Assembly: GCA_934635045.1 (NCBI GenBank)
Contig: CAKTZA010000008.1
Location: 17,788-81,787 of the forward strand
DNA: 64,000 nt
Direction: 5' to 3'
From: an uncultured Kiritimatiellota bacterium
GTDB taxonomy: Bacteria; Verrucomicrobiota; Kiritimatiellia; RFP12; UBA1067
Shown: piece by piece, positions 18,931 through 26,324 of the stretch
Position numbering within the stretch: position 1 is the stretch's first letter
How the letters are laid out: every line of letters begins with the position of its first letter
Position numbers and translations under genes: made by a program
Notes under the pieces: generated by a model
What the model saw: only the letters and a program-made list of their open reading frames with translations
What the model was told of the DNA's origin: nothing
Database searches by the model: none

Positions 18931-20133
18931 ATGAAAATGACCAGTAATGAACATTGCCACGTGTTTACGTCGGAGTCCGTTTCGGAGGGGCATCCCGACA
19001 AGGTGGCGGACCAGATTTCCGATGCGATCCTCGACGCGTGCCTCAAGGCCGACAGCCATGCGCATGTCGCCTGCGAGACGGTAGTCGGGCCCGACGTCGT
19101 GATCAACATGGGCGAGATCACCTGCAAGGGGTGGTCGAAGTCCGACGCGCGGGCGATTGCCGCGAAGGTCGTGAAGAAGATCGGCTACGACCGCCCGGAG
19201 GAGCGCTTCAGCTGGAAGACGTTCGACTACATCACGTACCTGCACGAGCAGGCGCCCGACATCGCGCAGGGCGTCAACCGCAAGAGCAAGGCGAAGCAGG
19301 GCGCGGGCGACCAGGGCATGATGTTCGGCTACGCGACGAACGAGACGGTGAACTACATGCCGGCGACGATCGTCTATGCGCACGAGCTCCTGAAGATGTA
19401 CGCGCGCCTGCGCAAGCGCGGCGGCAAGTACTCCTGGCTGCGGCCCGACGCGAAGAGCCAGCTGTCGATCGTCTACGAGGACGGCAAGCCCTCGTGGATC
19501 GACACGGTGGTCATCTCGCACCAGACGACGGAGGCGGGCGCGACGCAGCAGAACTACGCCGAGATCGAGCGCCTGGCGAAGGACTACCTCTCCAAGACGG
19601 GGCTGCTGTCGGAGGACACGAAGTTCTTCGTCAACCCGACGGGGCGGTTCGTCATCGGCGGCCCCTGCGGCGATTCGGGGCTCACGGGGCGCAAGGTCAT
19701 CGTCGACACGTACGGCGGCATGGCGGCGCACGGCGGCGGCGCGTTCTCCGGCAAGGATCCCTCGAAGGTCGATCGCTCGGCCTCCTACTACGCGCGCTAT
19801 GCGGCGAAGAACATCGTCGCGGCCGGCCTGGCGGACCGCTGCCAGATCCAGGTCGCCTACGCGATCGGCATCGACAAGCCCGTCTCCTTCTGCGTGAAGA
19901 CGTTCGGCACGGCGAAGGGGGGCGTGACGGACGCGGCGCTGGAGAAGATGCTCGTGTCCGGCAAGGTCTTCGACTTCCGCCCCGCCGCGCTCATCGACGA
20001 CCTGAAGCTGCTGAAGCCGCAGGGCTGGAGCTACGAGGAGACGGCGGCGTACGGCCACTTCGGGCGGGACATCTTCCCGTGGGAGAAGCTGGACCGGGTC
20101 GCGCCGCTGAAGAAGCTCTTCAAGGTCGCCTAA
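18931..20133 (+). CDS. metK: S-adenosylmethionine synthetase
   Basis: FTSESVSEGHPDKVADQISDAILDA... canonical MetK N-terminus. C-terminal GHFGR motif. ORF extends upstream to 18877 but the MetK homology starts at the MKM at 18931. Confidence 0.85.
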   Translation: MKMTSNEHCHVFTSESVSEGHPDKVADQISDAILDACLKADSHAHVACETVVGPDVVINMGEITCKGWSKSDARAIAAKVVKKIGYDRPEERFSWKTFDYITYLHEQAPDIAQGVNRKSKAKQGAGDQGMMFGYATNETVNYMPATIVYAHELLKMYARLRKRGGKYSWLRPDAKSQLSIVYEDGKPSWIDTVVISHQTTEAGATQQNYAEIERLAKDYLSKTGLLSEDTKFFVNPTGRFVIGGPCGDSGLTGRKVIVDTYGGMAAHGGGAFSGKDPSKVDRSASYYARYAAKNIVAAGLADRCQIQVAYAIGIDKPVSFCVKTFGTAKGGVTDAALEKMLVSGKVFDFRPAALIDDLKLLKPQGWSYEETAAYGHFGRDIFPWEKLDRVAPLKKLFKVA

Positions 20134-20149
20134 GCGGCGAAGCGCGCGG

Positions 20150-20647
20150 ATGCTGGCGACGGGAATCATCCATCACGTCAATTTCCTGGAGATCGTCCGG
20201 CATCCGTGGTTCATGTCCGCGTTCCTGGCGGCGGCGTCCGCGCAGGTGCTGAAGTTCGTCTACTTCTGGTGGCGGACGGGCCGGCCGGATGCGCATGCGT
20301 TCCGCACGGCGGGCGGCATGCCGTCCGTCCATTCGGCGCTCGTCTCGGCCCTGGCCTTTGCGGTCGGGCTCACGGAGGGGTTCGACGCGCCGTACGCGAT
20401 GATCGCCGTCGGGCTGGGGCTGATCGTGCTCGTCGACGCGGCGACGCTCCGGCGCGAGGCGGGCGAGCACGCGAAGCTCATCAACCGCATCGTCTCGCAC
20501 CTGAACAGCGCGAGCGAAGAGGAGCGCATCGAGGCGCGGCGGCTGGAGGAACGCCTCGGCCACCGCCGTCGCGAGGTCGTTGCGGGCGTGCTCTGGGGCA
20601 TGCTGGTTGCGTTTGCCGTGTGCGCGGTCTGGGATTTCTGGAAATGA
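20150..20647 (+). CDS. Divergent PAP2-family membrane protein (YuiD/DUF212)
   Basis: GGMPSVHSALVSALAFAVG and RREAGEHA motifs typical of the acid-phosphatase/vanadium-haloperoxidase-related DUF212 family. Confidence 0.6.
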   Translation: MLATGIIHHVNFLEIVRHPWFMSAFLAAASAQVLKFVYFWWRTGRPDAHAFRTAGGMPSVHSALVSALAFAVGLTEGFDAPYAMIAVGLGLIVLVDAATLRREAGEHAKLINRIVSHLNSASEEERIEARRLEERLGHRRREVVAGVLWGMLVAFAVCAVWDFWK

Positions 20648-20648
20648 C

Positions 20649-21788
20649 ATGAAACGCATCGTCCATTACCTTCTGTTGGCGGCGATCCTCGTCGGGCTGC
20701 CGCTGGCCTGTTGCCTCATGGGCGGGTATGACGAGATTCTCGCGGGCGTGAAGAGCTTCCCGCCGCGCACGGAAGACTTCGGCTTGCACCCCGAAAAGCT
20801 TTGGAACTACCGGCGTCCGTTCAACTGGTGCTGGTTCCTCGGCATGGCGGCCTTTACCGCCGGCTGCCTGTTCCCGTTCCTGCGTCGCGGGATTCGCGCG
20901 TGCCGTCGGTCGCCGTCGGCGGACGCCCTGCCGCGCGGACGCTTCCCCTGGTGGGGCTGGGCCGGGCTGGCGCTGATGCTGGCCGCCTGGGTCGTGACAT
21001 GGAGCCGTTTCGCGTGGTTTCGCCCGTATCAGGTTCTGCTTTCCTATTTTCCCGTCTGGACGGGCTACATCCTGACGGTGAACGCGCTCTGCGTGTGGCG
21101 GAAGGGGACGTCGCCGCTCACGGCGCATCCGTTCGTCTATCTGCTGACGTTTCCGGCCTCCTCGCTCTTCTGGTGGTTCTTCGAGTACCTCAACCGCTTC
21201 GTCTGGAACTGGTACTACCTCGGCATCGCCGAGCTTTCGGCGGCGACCTACACGCTCTACGCGACGCTCTGCTTCGCCTCCGTCCTGCCGGCCGTCTACG
21301 CGACGGCGGAGTTCCTCGGCACGTTCCGATTCTTCGACGACCGCGTCTACGACGGCATGGCCTGGCGGCCGGATGTGCGCAGCCCCGTCTCGCGGGCCGT
21401 CCTCGCGGCGCTGTCGCTCGTCGGGCTGACGGGCATCGTCTTCTTCCCCGACTGCGCCTATCCGCTCCTGTGGATCTCGCCGCTGATGGTCTTCGTCCTC
21501 GTTCAGGTGATGCTGGGCGAGCGTTGCCTTCTGGATCGGCTGAAGACGGGCGCCTGGGGGCTCGTCTTCCGCTTTGCGGTGGCCGCGCTCGTCTGCGGGC
21601 TCTGCTGGGAGACGTGGAACTATTATGCGCTGGCGAAATGGGTCTATGCCGTGCCGTGGGTGCACGGCTGGCAGATCTGGGAGATGCCGCTCATCGGCTT
21701 TGCGGGCTACCTGCCGTTCGGCGTCGAGTGCGCGGCGGTGACCTATTGGATTTACGATGCGTTCGCAATCCGAGATGCGGTCGCCTGA
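20649..21788 (+). CDS. Trp-rich polytopic membrane protein, unknown function
   Basis: About 10 predicted TM helices, many W/Y/F. Starts 1 nt after the upstream stop. No family recognised. Confidence 0.45.
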   Translation: MKRIVHYLLLAAILVGLPLACCLMGGYDEILAGVKSFPPRTEDFGLHPEKLWNYRRPFNWCWFLGMAAFTAGCLFPFLRRGIRACRRSPSADALPRGRFPWWGWAGLALMLAAWVVTWSRFAWFRPYQVLLSYFPVWTGYILTVNALCVWRKGTSPLTAHPFVYLLTFPASSLFWWFFEYLNRFVWNWYYLGIAELSAATYTLYATLCFASVLPAVYATAEFLGTFRFFDDRVYDGMAWRPDVRSPVSRAVLAALSLVGLTGIVFFPDCAYPLLWISPLMVFVLVQVMLGERCLLDRLKTGAWGLVFRFAVAALVCGLCWETWNYYALAKWVYAVPWVHGWQIWEMPLIGFAGYLPFGVECAAVTYWIYDAFAIRDAVA

Positions 21789-22956
21789 CGACGGGGCGGC
21801 CAACCTCTACGTCCACTTCCCGTTCTGTCGGCGCAAGTGCCGCTATTGCGCGCTCTACTCGCGCGTCGGCGTGCCGGCGGCTGCGCGTGACGCCTACGTC
21901 AGGCAGCTGGCGCGCGTCATCTCCGCCTGGGGACAGACCCCCGACTTTAGGGGACAGGCCCCGCGTTTTTTGGGGACAGGCCCCGCGCCCTCCGGGGGAC
22001 AGACCCCGGTCTCGCGGCTGAAAACCATCTATTTCGGTGGTGGTTCGCCCGCACTTTGCGACCTGAGGCCGATCCTCGCGGCGCTTGGGCCACGTCTTTC
22101 TGACGAGACGGAGTTCACGGTCGAGCTGCATCCGCAGGATGTCTCGGACGATCTGCTGAAGATGTTGCGCGACGGCGGCGTCAACCGCATCTCGATGGGT
22201 GTGCAGTCGCTCGATGACGCGACACTCGCGGCGATGGGGCGCGGCTACGCGGTTGCCGAAGCCGCGCGGGCGTTTGCGCACGTGAAACGGCTGTTCGACA
22301 ATGCCGGCATTGACCTCATCGTCGGCTATCCGGGTGACCCGTGCGCAGGCTGGGAGGCGTTGCGCGACTGGGGTCTGAGCCACTGCTCCGTCTATTCGCT
22401 CCAGAACGAGCGTGGGCTGGCGGACGTGCCGGATGACGACTGGGTGCTGGATCGCATCCGCGCAGTTTCGGGATACTTGAATGAAATCGGCCTTGAACGC
22501 TACGAGATCTCGAACTATGCCGTGCCGGGCAAGGAATGCCGCCACAACCTTGCCGTCTGGCGAGGCGAGGATTATTTCGGCCTCGGCGCGGGCGCGTACG
22601 GGCGGCTCGGTCTCCGCCGGACGCGCAACTTCGGGGCCTGTCCCCCGGATAGCGCGGGGCCTGTCCCCAAGGAGGGTGCGGGGCCTGTCCCCAAAAAACG
22701 CGGGGTCTGTCCCCAGCGGTCGGGGGCCTGTCCCCAGGCGGCGGAGGAGACGGTTACGCCCGAACAGGACGCGCTGGAGCGGCGGATCTTTCGGCTGCGT
22801 ACGCGCGAAGGGCTGGACGCGACGGGCTATCCGGCGTGGGGACAGGCCCTCGAAAAATTCTGCAAGACGGGGCTGTTGACGAAAGAAGGGGAGATTTACA
22901 GTCTGACGGCGCGCGGCACGGAAGTTTGTGACTCGATTCTCGCTGAACTCGTCTGA
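21757..22956 (+). CDS. hemW: Radical-SAM heme chaperone HemW (oxygen-independent coproporphyrinogen-III oxidase-like)
   Basis: NLYVHFPFCRRKCRYCALYS (CxxxCxxC radical-SAM site), IYFGGGSPA, HemN C-terminal domain. Interrupted in frame by two repeat arrays (21929..22007 and 22633..22735). Confidence 0.7.
   Translation: MRSQSEMRSPDDGAANLYVHFPFCRRKCRYCALYSRVGVPAAARDAYVRQLARVISAWGQTPDFRGQAPRFLGTGPAPSGGQTPVSRLKTIYFGGGSPALCDLRPILAALGPRLSDETEFTVELHPQDVSDDLLKMLRDGGVNRISMGVQSLDDATLAAMGRGYAVAEAARAFAHVKRLFDNAGIDLIVGYPGDPCAGWEALRDWGLSHCSVYSLQNERGLADVPDDDWVLDRIRAVSGYLNEIGLERYEISNYAVPGKECRHNLAVWRGEDYFGLGAGAYGRLGLRRTRNFGACPPDSAGPVPKEGAGPVPKKRGVCPQRSGACPQAAEETVTPEQDALERRIFRLRTREGLDATGYPAWGQALEKFCKTGLLTKEGEIYSLTARGTEVCDSILAELV
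21929..22007 (+). repeat. Array B: four GGGGACAG(R)CCCC units (inverse orientation of the 13-mer) in frame in the hemW 5' region
   Basis: Units at 21929, 21950, 21972, 21995. Translated as GQTP/GQAP/GTGPAP/GGQTP immediately upstream of the IYFGGGSP motif. Confidence 0.85.
22633..22735 (+). repeat. Array C: five GGGGYCTGTCCCC units with 8-11 bp spacers, in frame in the hemW 3' half
   Basis: Units at 22633, 22656, 22680, 22702, 22723. Translated as GACPP/GPVP/GPVP/GVCPQ/GACPQ. Confidence 0.85.
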
Positions 22957-22989
22957 ACGGCGTCGCGTTTGGCTTGCGCACGATGCGCG

Positions 22990-23075
22990 TGGAGCCGAGG
23001 GTCGGATTCGAACCGACGCGTCCTTGCGGATCCTGATTACAAATCAGGCGCAGTCAACCACTGTGCCACCCCGGC
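22990..23075 (-). tRNA. Class-II-shaped tRNA (14-nt variable arm) whose canonical 7-nt anticodon loop UUUGUAA reads anticodon UGU (Thr), although a long variable arm is expected only for Leu/Ser/Tyr; CCA encoded; identity uncertain
   Basis: Hand-folded cloverleaf. Acceptor GCCGGGG/CCUCGGC with one G-U. D-loop AGUGGUUGA with G18G19. Anticodon stem CCUGA/UCAGG. Variable arm AUCCGCAAGGACGC with UCC/GGA stem. T arm GUCGG-UUCGAAU-CCGAC. Discriminator U then CCA. Own TGGTATACT promoter on minus strand (+ coordinates 23087..23096). Confidence 0.6.
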
Positions 23076-23328
23076 GGCAAGTGGCGCGTAGTATACCATA
23101 ATTCGCGGCGTTTTTGTGCGCCGATAAATGCAAAACAATGCCAATCCCCCCCTCAAAGAAAAATTTCATTTTGCCCCTTGCGGCAAGGGGCGGGTTTTGG
23201 TATCCTGTTCACGTTGAGGTTCCACCTCTGCGGCAGGTGTTCGGCGGGTGCGTCAGGCTGTGCGGCCTGGCTCGCGGACGACGCGAAAGAGGGGTTTGCG
23301 ATTACCTCGGCTTATAGGAGTCCTCGCC

Positions 23329-23883
23329 ATGAAGACCTCCATCGCAAATGGCACATTCGCCGCTGATTGCTGGACTGACACAGTTAAGGCCAAGGGCGGC
23401 AATGGCGAAAGTTGTGAATACAATCCGAAACGAACGCTCCTAGTCTGGATTGTCGATTGCGTTTGTGCCATGCTCCTGATCGGATGCACAATCTGGGTGG
23501 CTTGCCGGTACGGCTCGCTCCCTGATCGAATCCCGATCCATTATGGTGCGAACGGAGTTGTCGATGGATATGGCAGCAAGAGCATGATATGGGCAGTGAT
23601 TGCCATTATGTGGGCGGTTGTCGGTATTGTGTCTGCGGTAGAGCAATTCCCGAGACTTTGGAATACCGTGTTTGAACGTACAAAAGAGAACCAGTGCCGC
23701 CTGTTGCCCTTGACCTGGCATTTCATGAGCACCACCAAGCTGGCCATCTCTTCCATGTTCGCATATGTCGTCGTCATGTGTGTCAGAGGCGGGGATCTTT
23801 CGCCGCTATTCCTTCCTCTCGTGCTGACGGCAGTGTGTGCCAATTCCTTGTATTGGATAATCAAGCTAGCCATCAACCGATAA
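23329..23883 (+). CDS. DUF1648-like membrane protein (SdpI/YhfL-type N-terminal domain)
   Basis: PIHYGANGVVDGYGSK motif after the first TM helix, four TM segments. GC content visibly lower than flanking DNA. Lies between two tRNA genes. Confidence 0.45.
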   Translation: MKTSIANGTFAADCWTDTVKAKGGNGESCEYNPKRTLLVWIVDCVCAMLLIGCTIWVACRYGSLPDRIPIHYGANGVVDGYGSKSMIWAVIAIMWAVVGIVSAVEQFPRLWNTVFERTKENQCRLLPLTWHFMSTTKLAISSMFAYVVVMCVRGGDLSPLFLPLVLTAVCANSLYWIIKLAINR

Positions 23884-23902
23884 ATCACCCCTTCGGATGC
23901 CA

Positions 23903-24073
23903 TCACCTGGCGAGGCGGTTGCAGTTCTCGACGGCGCCTTTCTCGTAGGAGGCGCAGGCCCGCGTGCAGCAGGGCTCGGCCTTGAACGCGCGGGCGAGCA
24001 GCTTCTGGTCGAGGAACTCGCAGCCGTTGCCGTCGTCACGCTCCTGCTGAGGGGATCGACTCGCGGATTTCAT
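23903..24073 (-). CDS. Possible small Cys-containing protein (56 aa)
   Basis: Minus-strand ATG at 24073 preceded by GAGG. Peptide MKSASRSPQQERDDGNGCEFLDQKLLARAFKAEPCCTRACASYEKGAVENCNRLAR with 5 Cys. Convergent with the DUF1648 gene. Weak evidence. Confidence 0.2.
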   Translation of the reverse strand: MKSASRSPQQERDDGNGCEFLDQKLLARAFKAEPCCTRACASYEKGAVENCNRLAR

Positions 24074-24090
24074 CCTCGGTTTAGGCCCAT

Positions 24091-24120
24091 TTGACTTCGC
24101 GGTTAGCAACATGATATAAT
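24091..24120 (+). promoter_or_regulatory. Canonical sigma-70 promoter TTGACT-N18-TATAAT for tRNA-Arg(CCU)
   Basis: ttgacttcgcggttagcaacatgatataat. Near-identical copy at 63271..63300 in front of the second tRNA-Arg. Confidence 0.6.
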
Positions 24121-24206
24121 TTCCGCCGTGTGAGTTTAGATTCCGAGGAAAATGCCGCGGATTCCACAACAAACGCACAAGACATTGAGAAAGTGAAGAA
24201 ATACGT

Positions 24207-24283
24207 GGGATCGTAGCTCAACTGGACAGAGCGACGGTTTCCTAAACCGTAGGTTCCGGGTTCGATTCCCGGCGGTCCCACCA
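24207..24283 (+). tRNA. tRNA-Arg (anticodon CCU)
   Basis: Cloverleaf: acceptor GGGAUCG/CGGUCCC, anticodon stem ACGGU/ACCGU with loop UUCCUAA, T-loop UUCGAUU, discriminator A plus CCA encoded. Confidence 0.85.
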
Positions 24284-24295
24284 TTCGTCCTACCT

Positions 24296-26239
24296 ATGAA
24301 AAAGCCGCAGACTGTCGTTGAGAAGATCCTTTCCGCCCATCTCGTCGAGGGCAACCCCGCGACGGACGCCGAAATCGGCATCCGCATCGACCAGACCCTG
24401 ACGCAGGACGCGACGGGCACGATGGCGTACCTCCAGTTCGAGTCGATGGGCGTGCCGCGCGTGAAGACCGACCTCTCGGTCTCCTACGTGGACCACAACA
24501 CGGTTCAGATCGGCTACGAGAACGCCGACGACCACGACTTCCTGCAGTCCATCGCGAAGAAGTACGGCGTCGTCTTCTCGAAGTGCGGCAACGGCATCTG
24601 CCACCAGCTCCACCTCGAGCGCTTCGGCAAGCCGGGGACGACGCTCCTCGGCTCCGACTCGCACACGCCGACGGGCGGCGGCATCGGCCAGGTCGCGATC
24701 GGCGCGGGCGGCATCGACATCGCCGTCGCGATGGCAGGCGGCGCGTTCCACATCCCGACGCCGAAGGTGCGCGCGATCTTCCTCAAGAACCGCCTGCGCA
24801 AGGGCGTGAGCGCGAAGGACGTAATCCTGACGGTGCTGAAGAAGTTCGGCACGAAGGGCAATGTCGGCTGGATCTTCGAGTACTGCGGGCCGGGCGTCGC
24901 GACGCTCGACGTGCCGAGCCGCGCGACGATCGCGAACATGGGCGCGGAGCTGGGGGTGACGACGTCGGTCTTCCCGTCCGACGCCGTGACGAAGCAGTTC
25001 CTCGTCGCGCAGGGGCGCGGCGGGGACTACGTGAAGCTCGTCGCCGATCCGGGCAGCGAATATGACGATTCCTTCGAGATCGATCTCGCGAAGGTCGAGC
25101 CGCTCGCGGCCGCGCCGCACTCGCCGGGGAACGTCGTGACCGTCAAGTCGATGAAGGGCAAGAAGGTCAACCAGATCCTGATCGGCAGCTGCACGAACAG
25201 CTCCTACCGCGACATCCGCACGGTCGCGCTCTACCTGAAGGGCAAGCACGTCGCGGACGACGTCGAGGTCGGCATCGCCTGCGGGTCGCGCCAGGTCGTC
25301 AACATGCTCGCGAAGGACGGGTCGCTCGCGATCCTCCACGCGGCGGGCTGCCGGATGCTGGAGAACGCCTGCGGCTTCTGCATCGGCGCGCACATGTCGC
25401 CGCGCACGGGGGCCGTCTCGCTGCGGACGAACAACCGCAACTTCGAGGGCCGGAGCGGCACGAAGTCCGCGCAGGTCTACCTCGTCTCGCCCGAGACGGC
25501 GGCGGCCTCGGCGCTGACGGGCAAGGTCGAGCTGCCGACGAAGAAGCCGGTCGCGGCGGTGCCCGCGCCGAAGAAGTTCCCGGTCGACGACGCGATGTTC
25601 CTCTACCGCGCGACGGCCGGGAAGGGCGTGAAGGGCACGGAGATCGTGCGCGGCCCGAACATCGCGACCGTGCCGAAGGGCGTGCCGCTCGCGAAGGATC
25701 TCGTCGGCGTCGCGGCGATCAAGGTTGGCGACAAGATCACGACGGATCACATCATGCCGGCGGGCGCGCGGCTGAAGTTCCGCTCGAACATCCCGCAGTA
25801 CGCGAAGTTCGTCTTTGAGCCGTGCGACCCGCAGTTCCACGACAACTGCCTCGCGAACAAGGAGAAGGGGCTTGCGAACGTCATCGTCGCGGGCGAGAGC
25901 TACGGGCAGGGGTCGAGCCGCGAGCACGCGGCGCTCTGCCCGATGTACCTTGGCGTGAAGGCCGTGATCGCGAAGTCGATCGAGCGCATCCACCGCGCGA
26001 ACCTCATCAACTTCGGCATCGTGCCGTTCACGTTCGCCGATCCGAAGGATTACGACAAGATCGCGGCGGGCGACAGGCTGGAGCTGAAGGGCATCCGCGC
26101 GGCGGTCGAAGGCGACGGCGTCCTGACGGTCAAGGGGCCGAAGGGGGCGTTTCAGGTGAAGACGGCGCTCTCGGATCGCGAGAAGCACCTGATTCTCTGC
26201 GGCGGCCTCCTCGCCTCGATTGCGGCCCGGCGCGGTTGA
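24296..26239 (+). CDS. Aconitate hydratase (aconitase-family hydratase with fused swivel domain, 647 aa)
   Basis: All three Fe-S cysteines present (IGSCTNSS; ENACGFCIG). C-terminal SR motif (GQGSSREHAA). Large- plus small-subunit-like architecture. Confidence 0.7.
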   Translation: MKKPQTVVEKILSAHLVEGNPATDAEIGIRIDQTLTQDATGTMAYLQFESMGVPRVKTDLSVSYVDHNTVQIGYENADDHDFLQSIAKKYGVVFSKCGNGICHQLHLERFGKPGTTLLGSDSHTPTGGGIGQVAIGAGGIDIAVAMAGGAFHIPTPKVRAIFLKNRLRKGVSAKDVILTVLKKFGTKGNVGWIFEYCGPGVATLDVPSRATIANMGAELGVTTSVFPSDAVTKQFLVAQGRGGDYVKLVADPGSEYDDSFEIDLAKVEPLAAAPHSPGNVVTVKSMKGKKVNQILIGSCTNSSYRDIRTVALYLKGKHVADDVEVGIACGSRQVVNMLAKDGSLAILHAAGCRMLENACGFCIGAHMSPRTGAVSLRTNNRNFEGRSGTKSAQVYLVSPETAAASALTGKVELPTKKPVAAVPAPKKFPVDDAMFLYRATAGKGVKGTEIVRGPNIATVPKGVPLAKDLVGVAAIKVGDKITTDHIMPAGARLKFRSNIPQYAKFVFEPCDPQFHDNCLANKEKGLANVIVAGESYGQGSSREHAALCPMYLGVKAVIAKSIERIHRANLINFGIVPFTFADPKDYDKIAAGDRLELKGIRAAVEGDGVLTVKGPKGAFQVKTALSDREKHLILCGGLLASIAARRG

Positions 26240-26265
26240 TTTCAACAGGGCCGCTATGGTATAAT
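26236..26265 (+). promoter_or_regulatory. Sigma-70 promoter TTGATT-N18-TATAAT (with TGGTATAAT extended -10) for pckG
   Basis: ttgatttcaacagggccgctatggtataat. The 5' UTR contains hairpin gcccctcttcggggc (26296..26310). Confidence 0.55.
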
Positions 26266-26324
26266 ACGCGCAATTTTTCACAGGAAAGCCCCTCTTCGGG
26301 GCCAATTCAAGGAGAAAACAAGAC

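Noticed and set aside
26296-26310. gcccctcttcggggc hairpin as a terminator for the aconitase gene
   Set aside because: It lies downstream of the pckG -10 box, within the pckG 5' UTR, and is not followed by a U-run. More likely a 5' stabilising stem-loop than a terminator.
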